From assembly GCA_947384645.1 (NCBI GenBank), contig CANDHX010000001.1:1-30649 (forward strand): a stretch of DNA of 30,649 bases, written 5' to 3'. Shown piece after piece: positions 1 through 8,298 of this stretch. This DNA is from an uncultured Mycoplasmatota bacterium. GTDB taxonomy: Bacteria > Bacillota_I > Bacilli_A > RF39 > UBA660. Within the stretch, counting starts at the first letter, position 1, and the number at the start of each line of letters is the position of its first letter. Made by a program: the position numbers and the translations under genes. The notes beneath the pieces were generated by a model that saw nothing but the letters and a program-made list of their open reading frames with translations, did not search any database and was not told the DNA's origin.

Positions 1-47
1 GAGATTCCGGATTGTGACTGGAGTTCAGACGTGTGCTCTTCCGATCT
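1..47. other. Illumina TruSeq P7-side adapter remnant (artefact)
   Basis: GAGAT (1-5), 8-nt index position TCCGGATT (6-13), then an exact GTGACTGGAGTTCAGACGTGTGCTCTTCCGATCT (14-47). Confidence 0.98.
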
Positions 48-474
48 TGTGCATCCCGACACCTATCGCCATCAAAAGTCCAGCCTTAATATCCAAGGCA
101 GCGACACTATATATGCCTATACCTTCTATGACGTTGTGAATAACTAAAGCTAGAGAACTTATAAGCCCTATATGTTTTAGATGTCTATCATGGGTTTTAA
201 CTTCTGCATCGTGGTCGTGATGAGGTATCAATATATCTATTAGCTTTAACATGATAATGCCGATGAATATAAATATGTACATAAAATATGTACCTTTTTC
301 ATTCAATAGTTCTAAAACCTCCGGTACTATGTCGAACGCTAAAAGCAGCAACATCACACTAAAAGACAAACCGATGCTAAATTCGATTAAACCCTTTTTC
401 TTCTTTTCAAAAATTGCTAGAACTGCTCCTATTAAAAAGAAAAGTCCTGCAATAAGTGTTACTAATAATGCCAT
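48..474 (-). CDS. ZIP-family (ZupT-like) divalent metal transporter, 3'-truncated at contig end
   Basis: Hydrophobic helices, GVMLxxxxxDxxPE-like segment (SVMLLLLAFDIVPE), His-rich loop HHDHD..HDRH, HNVIEG and MHK motifs. The ORF-track tail (IGRAHV-stop) is translated adapter. Confidence 0.88.
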
Positions 475-475
475 T

Positions 476-1006
476 TTAAACCTTCTTTACTGTTAAATTA
501 CCATATGTATTTACATCGCCCTTTGTACTATAAAGATATAAAACATATTTATGTATATCTTTTAACAAAATGCTCATTCTATGTATTTCTAAACCTTTAT
601 AACTGTTTTCTAAATTGCCGTTTTTAATCGGTCTATAAGTATTGGATATTTGATCGAAATACAACAGTTGCCAAAGTACGTCTTTACCACTTATCTTTTT
701 TGGCAAATCGAGCGAATCGAAATTGATAGAATAGTGCAATAAATCGTCACTTCCAGAAAAATATTTTACTAGGAATTCTAATTTAGTTCCTTTAGTAAAA
801 TCTCCGTCACTAATTCCTTTTATATTATTAAAATTATGAGTTCCCAAAAGCTCTATATCTACTCTGTTTTCTAACCTAGTAAGATACTCTCCTCTTTGAT
901 TAGTTCTGCTTATATGCTTAAAATATAGGCCTCCTATCAAAATAGGAACTGCTAAAGCTACGATGACTGCTGACAAGAAATACCTTCTTTTATTCATCAT
1001 TTTCAC
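476..1006 (-). CDS. Hypothetical membrane-anchored or secreted protein (176 aa)
   Basis: Basic N-terminus followed by one hydrophobic helix (FLSAVIVALAVPILIGGLYF). Co-oriented with neighbours. No family recognised. Confidence 0.7.
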   Translation of the reverse strand: MKMMNKRRYFLSAVIVALAVPILIGGLYFKHISRTNQRGEYLTRLENRVDIELLGTHNFNNIKGISDGDFTKGTKLEFLVKYFSGSDDLLHYSINFDSLDLPKKISGKDVLWQLLYFDQISNTYRPIKNGNLENSYKGLEIHRMSILLKDIHKYVLYLYSTKGDVNTYGNLTVKKV

Positions 1007-1044
1007 CTAATGCTAATTTTACTATATTTTATATTATTATGCAA

Positions 1045-2061
1045 TTAGTCTTTTTTGTCGAAAATGTATTCTTGACTTTTAGCGTTTAAACTGAAATCGC
1101 TAAAGAGTCCTTTTTTATATAATGGATTTGCTGCTGCTGCTATCATAGTAGCGTTATCTGTACAATATTTTATCGGAGGAATGGACAAGTGTACTCCCAA
1201 TTCGTCGCACATTTTCTTCAATTCTTCACGCAAATACCCGTTTGCACTAACCCCTCCAGCTACTATTAACCTTTTTAAATCGTATCGCTCTAAAGCACTT
1301 CTAGTTTTTCTAACTAACTCTCCCACCGCAACTTCTTGAAACGATGCAGCTAAGTCGTATTTGTCGATTTCCTTTCCCCTTTGGCTTTCGTTATGAACTA
1401 AATTTATGATAAAGCTTTTAAGTCCACTATAAGAAAAGTCTAAACTGTCGTCATCCATAGGTTTTGGTAAATTATAACTAGCTTTTCCTTCCTTCGCATA
1501 CTTTTCAACATTAGGTCCTCCGGGATATTTTAAACCCAATATCCTAGCTACTTTATCATAGCATTCTCCTATTGCATCGTCTTTAGTAGAACCGATTACT
1601 TCAAAATCGTAGTCATCTCTCATGAGAACTAATTCGGTATGACCTCCGCTCACAACTAGCCCCAAAGTTGGAAATTCGATTTTTTCGACGAGATTATTTG
1701 CGTATATATGACCTGCAATATGGTTAACCCCGATTAGAGGTTTGTTATATATTAAAGATAGAGTTTTAGCGAACTCTAAGCCTACTAAAAGGCAACCCAT
1801 AAGCCCTGGAGCATACGTGACTGCAATAGCATCTATCATATCCCAAGTAATTTTAGACTTGGCTAAGACGTCATCTAACACCAAAGTGATTGCTTCTGTA
1901 TGCATACGACTCGCAATCTCGGGGACTACTCCACCGAATTCGGCATGGGTATCCATTTGGGTTCTTATACATGTATAAATATTTTCTCTTCCATTCTTAA
2001 CAATCGCAATACTCGTCTCATCACAACTAGACTCAATTCCTAAAATATAAACATCCTTCAT
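1045..2061 (-). CDS. tsaD: tRNA N6-threonylcarbamoyladenosine transferase TsaD
   Basis: LGIESSCDETS, GGVVPEIASRMH, HIAGH, VSGGHT, DDAIGECYDKVAR, YPGGP, FSYSGLK, GGVSAN and CTDNATMIA motifs. Confidence 0.98.
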   Translation of the reverse strand: MKDVYILGIESSCDETSIAIVKNGRENIYTCIRTQMDTHAEFGGVVPEIASRMHTEAITLVLDDVLAKSKITWDMIDAIAVTYAPGLMGCLLVGLEFAKTLSLIYNKPLIGVNHIAGHIYANNLVEKIEFPTLGLVVSGGHTELVLMRDDYDFEVIGSTKDDAIGECYDKVARILGLKYPGGPNVEKYAKEGKASYNLPKPMDDDSLDFSYSGLKSFIINLVHNESQRGKEIDKYDLAASFQEVAVGELVRKTRSALERYDLKRLIVAGGVSANGYLREELKKMCDELGVHLSIPPIKYCTDNATMIAAAANPLYKKGLFSDFSLNAKSQEYIFDKKD

Positions 2062-2465
2062 ATATTACACTTCTTTTCCATTGCTAAAGCATCTTCGCCG
2101 TCACTATAGTAATTTTTGATAGGTCTCAATTTGATAAACCCGTTTTTTTGATAAAAACTTATTGCTTCTTCATTTGAAACACGAACTTCCAATATAATTT
2201 TTTGAACATCCAAATCTCTACTGAGATAATCGATAAATTCTGAACCTATACCTAAATTTCTATATCTCTCATCGACTACTATATAAAGAATTTCCGCTGT
2301 TTCATAAATCTTTGTATACTGCATAAACCCTATCACTTTGTCTTCTTTTGTATAAACTAAAACGTTTTCTAGTTCGCTTCTCGCCTTTACATCGTAAGAG
2401 GACTTTAAACTCTTACCCAAGGCGTTTACAAATAAAGCATGCTCATTCTTATATTCTTCTATCAT
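2058..2465 (-). CDS. rimI: RimI-like GNAT N-acetyltransferase
   Basis: VDERYRNLGIG acetyl-CoA loop, LEVRVSNEEAISFYQKNGF, R..YY.DGEDA.AM. Lies between tsaB and tsaD with 4-nt overlaps. Confidence 0.92.
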   Translation of the reverse strand: MIEEYKNEHALFVNALGKSLKSSYDVKARSELENVLVYTKEDKVIGFMQYTKIYETAEILYIVVDERYRNLGIGSEFIDYLSRDLDVQKIILEVRVSNEEAISFYQKNGFIKLRPIKNYYSDGEDALAMEKKCNI

Positions 2466-3025
2466 TTTAAAGCATCAATCTCCTTTATATAAATAGGATT
2501 AACTAAATGGACATCGACGGGTTCACAGTCCTCCAGATATGAAACGATTTTTTTTAAATCTATTTCCTTTTTGCTTAACTCCGTTAGATTATTTTCTAAT
2601 TTATATTTTTCAAATTCACTGCGTTTTTGATAAAAATAGTCCTTATATTGCCCGTCTTTTTTTAAAGCACTATAAACGCCTTTGGAGTCTTCTACAGTTA
2701 CTAAGTCGAAATCTAGACTACTACTAATACCGTACGCTTCTAGAGAAGTTATCGTTTTGATTTTTATATCGAGACAATATGCGATAGTCTTAGCAACTGT
2801 TACACCCATTCTAACACCTGTGAAACTTCCCGGTCCAATGACGACGATGATTAGGTCGATATCCCTAATATCAAGCTCGCTAGAGTTTAAAACTCTTTCC
2901 AATGTCGAAACTAAAACCTCGCTGTGACTTCTATTACTTAAAACTTTCTCTTGATATATTCTATCGCCCTTAAGAACTTCGATAGTAACCCTTTCGCTAT
3001 GCGTATCTATGAATAACACATTCAT
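2462..3025 (-). CDS. tsaB: t6A biosynthesis protein TsaB
   Basis: LFIDT, HSE, GPGSFTGVRMGVTVAKTIA, C-terminal NPIYIK. RBS AGGAGG. Confidence 0.96.
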   Translation of the reverse strand: MNVLFIDTHSERVTIEVLKGDRIYQEKVLSNRSHSEVLVSTLERVLNSSELDIRDIDLIIVVIGPGSFTGVRMGVTVAKTIAYCLDIKIKTITSLEAYGISSSLDFDLVTVEDSKGVYSALKKDGQYKDYFYQKRSEFEKYKLENNLTELSKKEIDLKKIVSYLEDCEPVDVHLVNPIYIKEIDALK

Positions 3026-3094
3026 ATTTGACTCCTCCTAAACACGAGTATTATAGCACTTTTTTTTATAAAAAAAAATAGAAGCTCCAAGCTC

Positions 3095-3556
3095 CTATAA
3101 AACAGCACTCAACAAATCTTCATAAACTTGTCCAGAAGGAATAAGCGTTAAAACCCTAGTTTCTTCATCTATCACTTTAAACTTTATTTCTAATCTCTCC
3201 TCTGGCAAAGAGCCTTTTATTATATCTGACCACTCGATAATGGTCACACCACCTTTGCTGAAGTAATCAACTAAACTTGCTCCATTATCCTCACTATCTT
3301 CTAATCTATAGACATCCATATGATATAGAGGCATCTCTCCATTCATATATTCCTTTACTAAATTAAAAGTTGGACTAGTAACCGTTTCATCAATTCCTAA
3401 ACTGCTAGCAAAACCTTTTACAAAAACAGTCTTTCCGCTCCCTAGTTCCCCCTTTAGGCAGATAACCATATTGGGAAACTTTTCAGACTCTATATTTTGA
3501 GCAAGCTCCATTGTATCTTCTTCAGAATGGCTTGTAAATTTATATTCATTTTCCAT
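3095..3556 (-). CDS. tsaE: t6A biosynthesis ATPase TsaE
   Basis: GELGSGKT Walker A, VTSPTFNLV, LYHMDVYRL, IIEW. Confidence 0.97.
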   Translation of the reverse strand: MENEYKFTSHSEEDTMELAQNIESEKFPNMVICLKGELGSGKTVFVKGFASSLGIDETVTSPTFNLVKEYMNGEMPLYHMDVYRLEDSEDNGASLVDYFSKGGVTIIEWSDIIKGSLPEERLEIKFKVIDEETRVLTLIPSGQVYEDLLSAVL

Positions 3557-3649
3557 ATCATATCACCAAAATAATTATATAAAAATTTTCATATATAGGT
3601 CAACCTATTTTAATATTAATTTTGTAAAATTTATATCAAAAGTTTGATA

Positions 3650-3753
3650 AGTAAAAAGACGACACTAAGTTCGCCCCTTTACTCTTGACCTCATTGGTCC
3701 TAAACATACCTACTTAAAAATTAAAGTAGGTAGTAGTCATACATTACGACTAC
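3650..3753 (-). ncRNA. Run of four adjacent hairpins downstream of hsp20 (structured 3' UTR, sRNA or terminator)
   Basis: Inverted repeats at 3733-3753, 3707-3732, 3687-3699 and 3650-3683. The last forms 13 bp only on the minus strand, using G-U pairs. Confidence 0.4.
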
Positions 3754-3786
3754 ATTATTATTATGAATAGTTTTTGAATAAATATA

Positions 3787-4194
3787 CTATTTTTCTTTAA
3801 TTTCTATTTGTTTTTTGGTAGGCTTTTCTTCTACTTTAGGAACAGTAATTTTTAATATACCCTTTTTGAATTCTGCATCGATGCAGTCTGTATCTATATC
3901 GCCTACATAAAATGAACGACTGAATGACCCATAACGTCTTTCACGACGGATATAATTTTTACTTTTATCTTCATCCTCACTAGTTTTAGTAGCTGAAATA
4001 GTAAGATATCCGTTGTCACACTCTAAAGATATATCGTCTTTATCGTAGCCTGGAACGTCTAGTTCGATGTGATAATCTCCACCTTTTTCATAAACGTCGC
4101 ATTTCATTTGGTCCTTTAAGGCAGGTTCAAAGAAATCGTCAAAGAAATCATCTCCTAAATAGAATTTTCTTGGTATTAAATTCATATTTTTCAT
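3787..4194 (-). CDS. hsp20: Hsp20/alpha-crystallin small heat-shock protein
   Basis: MKCDVYE, ELDVPGYDKDDI, YIRRERRYGSFSRSF, AEFKKGILKITVPK. Confidence 0.96.
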   Translation of the reverse strand: MKNMNLIPRKFYLGDDFFDDFFEPALKDQMKCDVYEKGGDYHIELDVPGYDKDDISLECDNGYLTISATKTSEDEDKSKNYIRRERRYGSFSRSFYVGDIDTDCIDAEFKKGILKITVPKVEEKPTKKQIEIKEK

Positions 4195-4209
4195 CGCCTT
4201 TCTGATATA

Positions 4210-4251
4210 ATATTACCACCATAATTAGCACTTGTCAATACTAAGTGCTAA
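4210..4251 (-). promoter_or_regulatory. CIRCE (HrcA operator) overlapping the sigma-A promoter of hsp20
   Basis: TTAGCACTT-N9-AAGTGCTAA at 4225-4251 (consensus TTAGCACTC-N9-GAGTGCTAA). Minus-strand TTGACA (4238-4233), 17 nt, TAATAT (4215-4210). Confidence 0.9.
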
Positions 4252-4338
4252 TTAATTGTATAATATGTTCGTTTTTATTATGCCAAATTAAATTTAATTC
4301 ATACAAAAAGTTGTCATAAAACTAGCTCTAGAACAACT

Positions 4339-4932
4339 TTACTCTCTAATTATCCTAATAGATTCGATAATTGGCTGATTTTCTTTTAAAACGAACCCGC
4401 TTTCTGTATCTACTACAGGCGTCTCTGCTAGCTCGTCGACTATTTCCATGCCCTCCGTTACGTGACCAAAAGCAGCATAATCGCCATTTAAATGTGGACT
4501 ATCTTCGTGCACGATGAAGAATTGGCTAGAAGCACTATTTGGGTTTTTTGCCCTTGCCATAGAAATAACTCCTCGTTCGTGTTTTATCGAATTGGGTCTT
4601 CCATTGCTTTGAAATTCTCCGATTATCTTGTCATCTGCTCCTCCACTCCCGTCGCCCATAGGGTCGCCACCTTGTATCATGAAACCTTTAATAATTCTAT
4701 GAAAAGTCAATCCGTCATAGAATTTTTCATCTGCTAATTTTACAAAATTGGTTACAGTTATAGGTGCAACATCTGCATCTAATTCCAACTTTATAACCCC
4801 TTTATCTTTAATAGTTATCTCAGCATTTATTTTCCCTTTCAATTTGTCATCTTCCTTCTTGCATGAACAGAGTAAAAATAGAGTTCCAATTACTAATAAA
4901 CATATTAAAATATTTTTTTTCATATACACCAT
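4339..4932 (-). CDS. Cyclophilin-type peptidyl-prolyl isomerase with lipoprotein-like signal peptide (likely start 4923)
   Basis: APITVTNF, FYDGLTFHRIIKGFMIQGGDP, GVISMAR, SASSQFFI, HLNGDYAAFG. N-terminal MKK, hydrophobic stretch, LLCSC. Confidence 0.95.
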   Translation of the reverse strand: MVYMKKNILICLLVIGTLFLLCSCKKEDDKLKGKINAEITIKDKGVIKLELDADVAPITVTNFVKLADEKFYDGLTFHRIIKGFMIQGGDPMGDGSGGADDKIIGEFQSNGRPNSIKHERGVISMARAKNPNSASSQFFIVHEDSPHLNGDYAAFGHVTEGMEIVDELAETPVVDTESGFVLKENQPIIESIRIIRE

Positions 4933-4937
4933 TCTTT

Positions 4938-5684
4938 CTAATTTTGATTTTTATTGTCGACTTCTCTTGCTTTGATGTTTGCATCTAATAGAGTATCATA
5001 TGTTCCGGCATCGAACCAAAAAGCATCGCTGTTCAAAGGAATTCCTCTAAACCTATTTAATTCGATATATTGGCTAAAGACATCTGCCATTTCGTATTCT
5101 CCACGAGAAGACTTTTTTACATTGGGAAGCTTTAATACGACATCGCTTGGAAAAAACGTAATCCCCGTGACGACTAGATTGGTTTTAGGATTTTCTGGTT
5201 TTTCTTCTATTGAAGTAATAAAGCCTTCTTTGTCTATATCGATTACTCCAAATCTTCTAGCATCTTCTCTTTCACAAACGGCAATCGAAGCATAACCATT
5301 ACTTAGATTTAACTTTCCTTCTTGGATTAATTTCTCTAATCCTTCTCCTAAAAAAACGTTATCTGAATACAGTAATAAACTGTCGTGTCCCAAGATGAAC
5401 TCTTCGCTTACCTTAAAGGCGTCGACCGTCCCAAGTGCTTCTTTTTGTAAACCATAACAAATTTTAAGTCCAAATTCACTACCATCCCCTAACTGTTTTT
5501 TTATGTACTCCTCTGTATCCTTAGAAACGATTACCATTACTTCTTCGACATTTGCTAATTTCATTATATCTATAGAATAATAAATCATCGGTCTATCATA
5601 AATCGGTAACATGATTTTAGGTATCACAGTCGTTAGGGGCTTTAATCTTGTACCTTTTCCTGCCGCTAGTATTACACCACGCAT
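4938..5684 (-). CDS. rmlA: Glucose-1-phosphate thymidylyltransferase (short RmlA/RfbA type)
   Basis: GVILAAGKGTRLKPLT, PKIMLPIYDRPMIYY, EEKPENPK, SSRGEYE, WFDAGT. Confidence 0.88.
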   Translation of the reverse strand: MRGVILAAGKGTRLKPLTTVIPKIMLPIYDRPMIYYSIDIMKLANVEEVMVIVSKDTEEYIKKQLGDGSEFGLKICYGLQKEALGTVDAFKVSEEFILGHDSLLLYSDNVFLGEGLEKLIQEGKLNLSNGYASIAVCEREDARRFGVIDIDKEGFITSIEEKPENPKTNLVVTGITFFPSDVVLKLPNVKKSSRGEYEMADVFSQYIELNRFRGIPLNSDAFWFDAGTYDTLLDANIKAREVDNKNQN

Positions 5685-6958
5685 TACTTCTCATCCTTTT
5701 CTATCAAATCGATTATCACCTGAGCTTTATGTGCCCAATCGTTTTCTTTTGCTTCCTTATCTAAAAGCTCGATGTATTTCTTATCATTTTTTTTCTTCAA
5801 GGCTAAATCTAAACACTTCATAAACTCATCGTGGTCATGCCCAATCATGACACTCTTATATTGTCTACACTCTTCTAAATCGGTTATGACGATTGGCTTA
5901 TGTAATGCCATATATTCGAATATCTTAACTGGACTAGTCGACTTAGTAATATTGTTTAACAAAAACGGTATGGTCATGATATCGCATTTACGAGCATAAT
6001 TTTTTAAAACAGTATAATCTCTAGTTCCCAAAAAATATACGTTATTCAAGTTCTCTATCCCGCTTTCTTCAAACGAAGCGTCGTACTTTATTCCAAAGAG
6101 TACGATACTGTATTTATTAGAGTCAGCAATTTTCTTTATGAGTTCATAATCGCACCACATCGCTAGAGAACCGTAATAACAAATGATAGGTTTTTTCTTA
6201 TCGAGTATCTCTTGAAACTCACTTTCGAATTCATAATCTTCATCATAAGTTTTAAAGAAATCGTAATCGACACCGTTCGACGATAACACTAAGTTTTTAC
6301 GACCTCTTCTTTTTACGACGATATCTTCGAGCGTCTTTGCTGTAACCACCATATACACATCGTCGTGTGTCAAAACGTACTCGTATTTATCGGTTATGTT
6401 TTTAGGCAAAAACTTAGTACCTGCTAGTTCAGGAGATAAATCGTCTACGTATTCATATATAAATTTGAAACCTTTATCGATATAATTCTCGATGTCTTTT
6501 ATAGTAAGCTTCCAATCGGTCGAATAGAGTTGAATATACTTCGGAATATCGACTTCGCTCAACACATCCATCAATATTTTATTCAACTTGATATTGTTAA
6601 AATTGAATAAATATACATTGTCTTTTTTCTTTTTAAAAATCTTTACCTTATCGGTCATCGTCGTAACTTCATAAAATACTAGACATCCATTCTTTGCTAG
6701 ATTATTAGCTATGTGTTGGGGTCTTTGAAATAAAGCCACATTATATCCAAAGCTACTTCTCCAAAGTACTATCCTTTTAGCTTTTGAAGATTCGATAATA
6801 TCTTTGAGCTCTTTTTTATATTTCTTTTTTAAAATCATCGTCTTAAAACTGATTTTATCGAAATAATTAGCAACTATATATTTATAAAGTTTTTTCATAA
6901 AACCGATAAAACCGTGTTTCTGATAAACTGTAATGAGTTTGTTTATTTTTTCTTTCAT
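5684..6958 (-). CDS. GT-B glycosyltransferase (TuaH-like, GT4 type)
   Basis: FQRPQHIA, NGVDYDFF, YYGSL, C-terminal PVKIFEYMALHKPIV. Confidence 0.85.
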   Translation of the reverse strand: MKEKINKLITVYQKHGFIGFMKKLYKYIVANYFDKISFKTMILKKKYKKELKDIIESSKAKRIVLWRSSFGYNVALFQRPQHIANNLAKNGCLVFYEVTTMTDKVKIFKKKKDNVYLFNFNNIKLNKILMDVLSEVDIPKYIQLYSTDWKLTIKDIENYIDKGFKFIYEYVDDLSPELAGTKFLPKNITDKYEYVLTHDDVYMVVTAKTLEDIVVKRRGRKNLVLSSNGVDYDFFKTYDEDYEFESEFQEILDKKKPIICYYGSLAMWCDYELIKKIADSNKYSIVLFGIKYDASFEESGIENLNNVYFLGTRDYTVLKNYARKCDIMTIPFLLNNITKSTSPVKIFEYMALHKPIVITDLEECRQYKSVMIGHDHDEFMKCLDLALKKKNDKKYIELLDKEAKENDWAHKAQVIIDLIEKDEK

Positions 6959-6976
6959 CTATTTACCTAACTTTCC

Positions 6977-7005
6977 CATATTAAGCATATCATTGAAAGC
7001 TTCAT
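6977..7005 (-). promoter_or_regulatory. Sigma-A promoter for the GT-rmlA-cyclophilin unit
   Basis: Minus strand TTGAAA, 17 nt, TATGCT, with TG at the extended -10 position. Confidence 0.5.
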
Positions 7006-7233
7006 TTTTCAAGAAGAACCAATTATACTTTTAAGCTCTCTTGTGTTATTGATTTATTTACTTCGAGCTTTTTTTAAATATATAGTTTTTTTCCTTTTTC
7101 TATTTTTGATATAATGGTACCAAATTCTACTTATAAGACGTTATATCTTACCTTTTTAAATTAAGTTTTATTGGGTCAAAAAAAATTAATTCAAAAAACT
7201 CGTTTGTCCAAATTTTCCTTTTAAATAGACGGT

Positions 7234-7262
7234 TTGACAAACTTTTAGGGTTGTGTTTTAAT
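7234..7262 (+). promoter_or_regulatory. Sigma-A promoter for the small peptide gene
   Basis: TTGACA (7234-7239), 17 nt, TTTAAT (7257-7262), preceded by extended -10 TG (7254-7255). Confidence 0.7.
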
Positions 7263-7379
7263 AGATAACCGAACATGCTGAATCGTGGTTTGTTTGTTCT
7301 CCATTTTTCTTCACAAAAATTATTCACAGGTGGTTTTGGTGTTAAGAGTTAGCTCAAGAAAAAGGAGGTTATGTAAAAT

Positions 7380-7457
7380 ATGCAAAAGACCAATCGTCAT
7401 TTAATCATATTTTTATATATCACTTTAGGGATTATCATCTATCTTTTGATAAAATAA
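7380..7457 (+). CDS. 25-aa hydrophobic peptide MQKTNRHLIIFLYITLGIIIYLLIK, candidate type I toxin (absent from ORF track)
   Basis: AGGAGG at 7363-7368, own promoter, single TM-like helix flanked by basic residues, stop followed by a GC hairpin (7473-7510). Confidence 0.65.
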   Translation: MQKTNRHLIIFLYITLGIIIYLLIK

Positions 7458-7467
7458 TTACTTAAAG

Positions 7468-7510
7468 AAAAAACACAGCCTTCGATATCTGTGAAGAGTA
7501 TCGGCTGTGT
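7468..7510. terminator. Intrinsic terminator hairpin between the convergent transcripts
   Basis: ACACAGCC (7473-7480) and GGCTGTGT (7503-7510) with an inner GATA/TATC stem. The U-tract is on the minus strand; plus-strand use is less certain. Confidence 0.65.
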
Positions 7511-7552
7511 ATCAACACCTGGAGATACACACTAGCTCTAGCGTGTTCCTCT
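7468..7552 (-). ncRNA. ~85-nt small RNA convergent with the peptide gene (candidate antitoxin)
   Basis: Minus-strand TTGAAA (7587-7582), 17 nt, TATAAT (7564-7559). 5' hairpin ACACGCTA-GAGC-TAGTGTGT. 3' hairpin ACACAGCC...GGCTGTGT followed by a U-run. No ORF. Confidence 0.65.
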
Positions 7553-7750
7553 AATATGATTATAATATTTATTATAAATTATTTCAATACTATTTGTTTC
7601 TCGAATTCCTAAATTTAGATAAATGTATTTAATCCAGTAAACATATTATATTTATTTAATAGACCCGCTTATATATTTCTAAGACCTAATATCAAATTTT
7701 GCGAGAATTCCAAATCAATTTTAAACATAATCTAAAATTTTTCCAAGACT

Positions 7751-8176
7751 TCAGTTTTCTTTTTTTATAAAGACTAAAAATTTGCTTATTATATAATTTA
7801 ATACCAATATTACGAACTGGGACACTATCTTCATCAGTTTATCGTTAAAGTGTAGTACAGTCACAGATAAAAACATCAATCCCATTTCTAATACCAAAGT
7901 TAAAATTCTAGCCCCGTAGAATTTTAAAGCCTCTTCCAATACTTTGGAATTCTTACTTTTAAAAACAAAAATTCGATTTGTAAAAAAGGCAAAAGTTACA
8001 GATAAAATCCAAGAAATGATAGTTGCAAGCTGCAATAAAAAAGCATTATCTGGATTAAAAACCGTTAATACACATAAGTAATAGCTTCCAAGACTTACTA
8101 AGGTTGTACATCCGCCGACTATTATATAGTTTATTATCTCTTCATATTTTTTATATAATTCTTTTAATTTCTTCAA
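7751..8176 (-). CDS. GtrA-family protein (lipid-linked sugar translocase-like)
   Basis: EIINYIIVGGCTTLV, FAFFTNRIFVFKS, KIVSQFVILVLNYIISKFLVF. TTG start with AGGAG RBS. Confidence 0.92.
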   Translation of the reverse strand: MKKLKELYKKYEEIINYIIVGGCTTLVSLGSYYLCVLTVFNPDNAFLLQLATIISWILSVTFAFFTNRIFVFKSKNSKVLEEALKFYGARILTLVLEMGLMFLSVTVLHFNDKLMKIVSQFVILVLNYIISKFLVFIKKEN

Positions 8177-8298
8177 AAATACTCACTCCTACAAAACCAA
8201 TTATATAACATTTCCCCATTTAAAAAAAGAAAATTTGTTAAAATAGTCGTTATTAATTTTAAAGAAAAAAAGAAACAAAAAAGTTTCCAAAGTTTTAT

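Noticed and set aside
7202-7242. Inverted repeat GTTTGTC/GACAAAC overlapping the peptide promoter -35
   Set aside because: Only 7 bp with a 27-nt spacer, too weak to call an operator.
7307-7328. DnaA-box-like TTATTCACA (7320-7328) and TTCTTCACA (7307-7315) in the peptide leader
   Set aside because: One match plus one mismatched copy in AT-rich DNA is plausible by chance, and the region is better explained by RNA structure.
7371-7376. ATG-TAA start-stop directly after AGGAGG
   Set aside because: The 2-nt spacing is too short for initiation. ATG 7380 has workable spacing.
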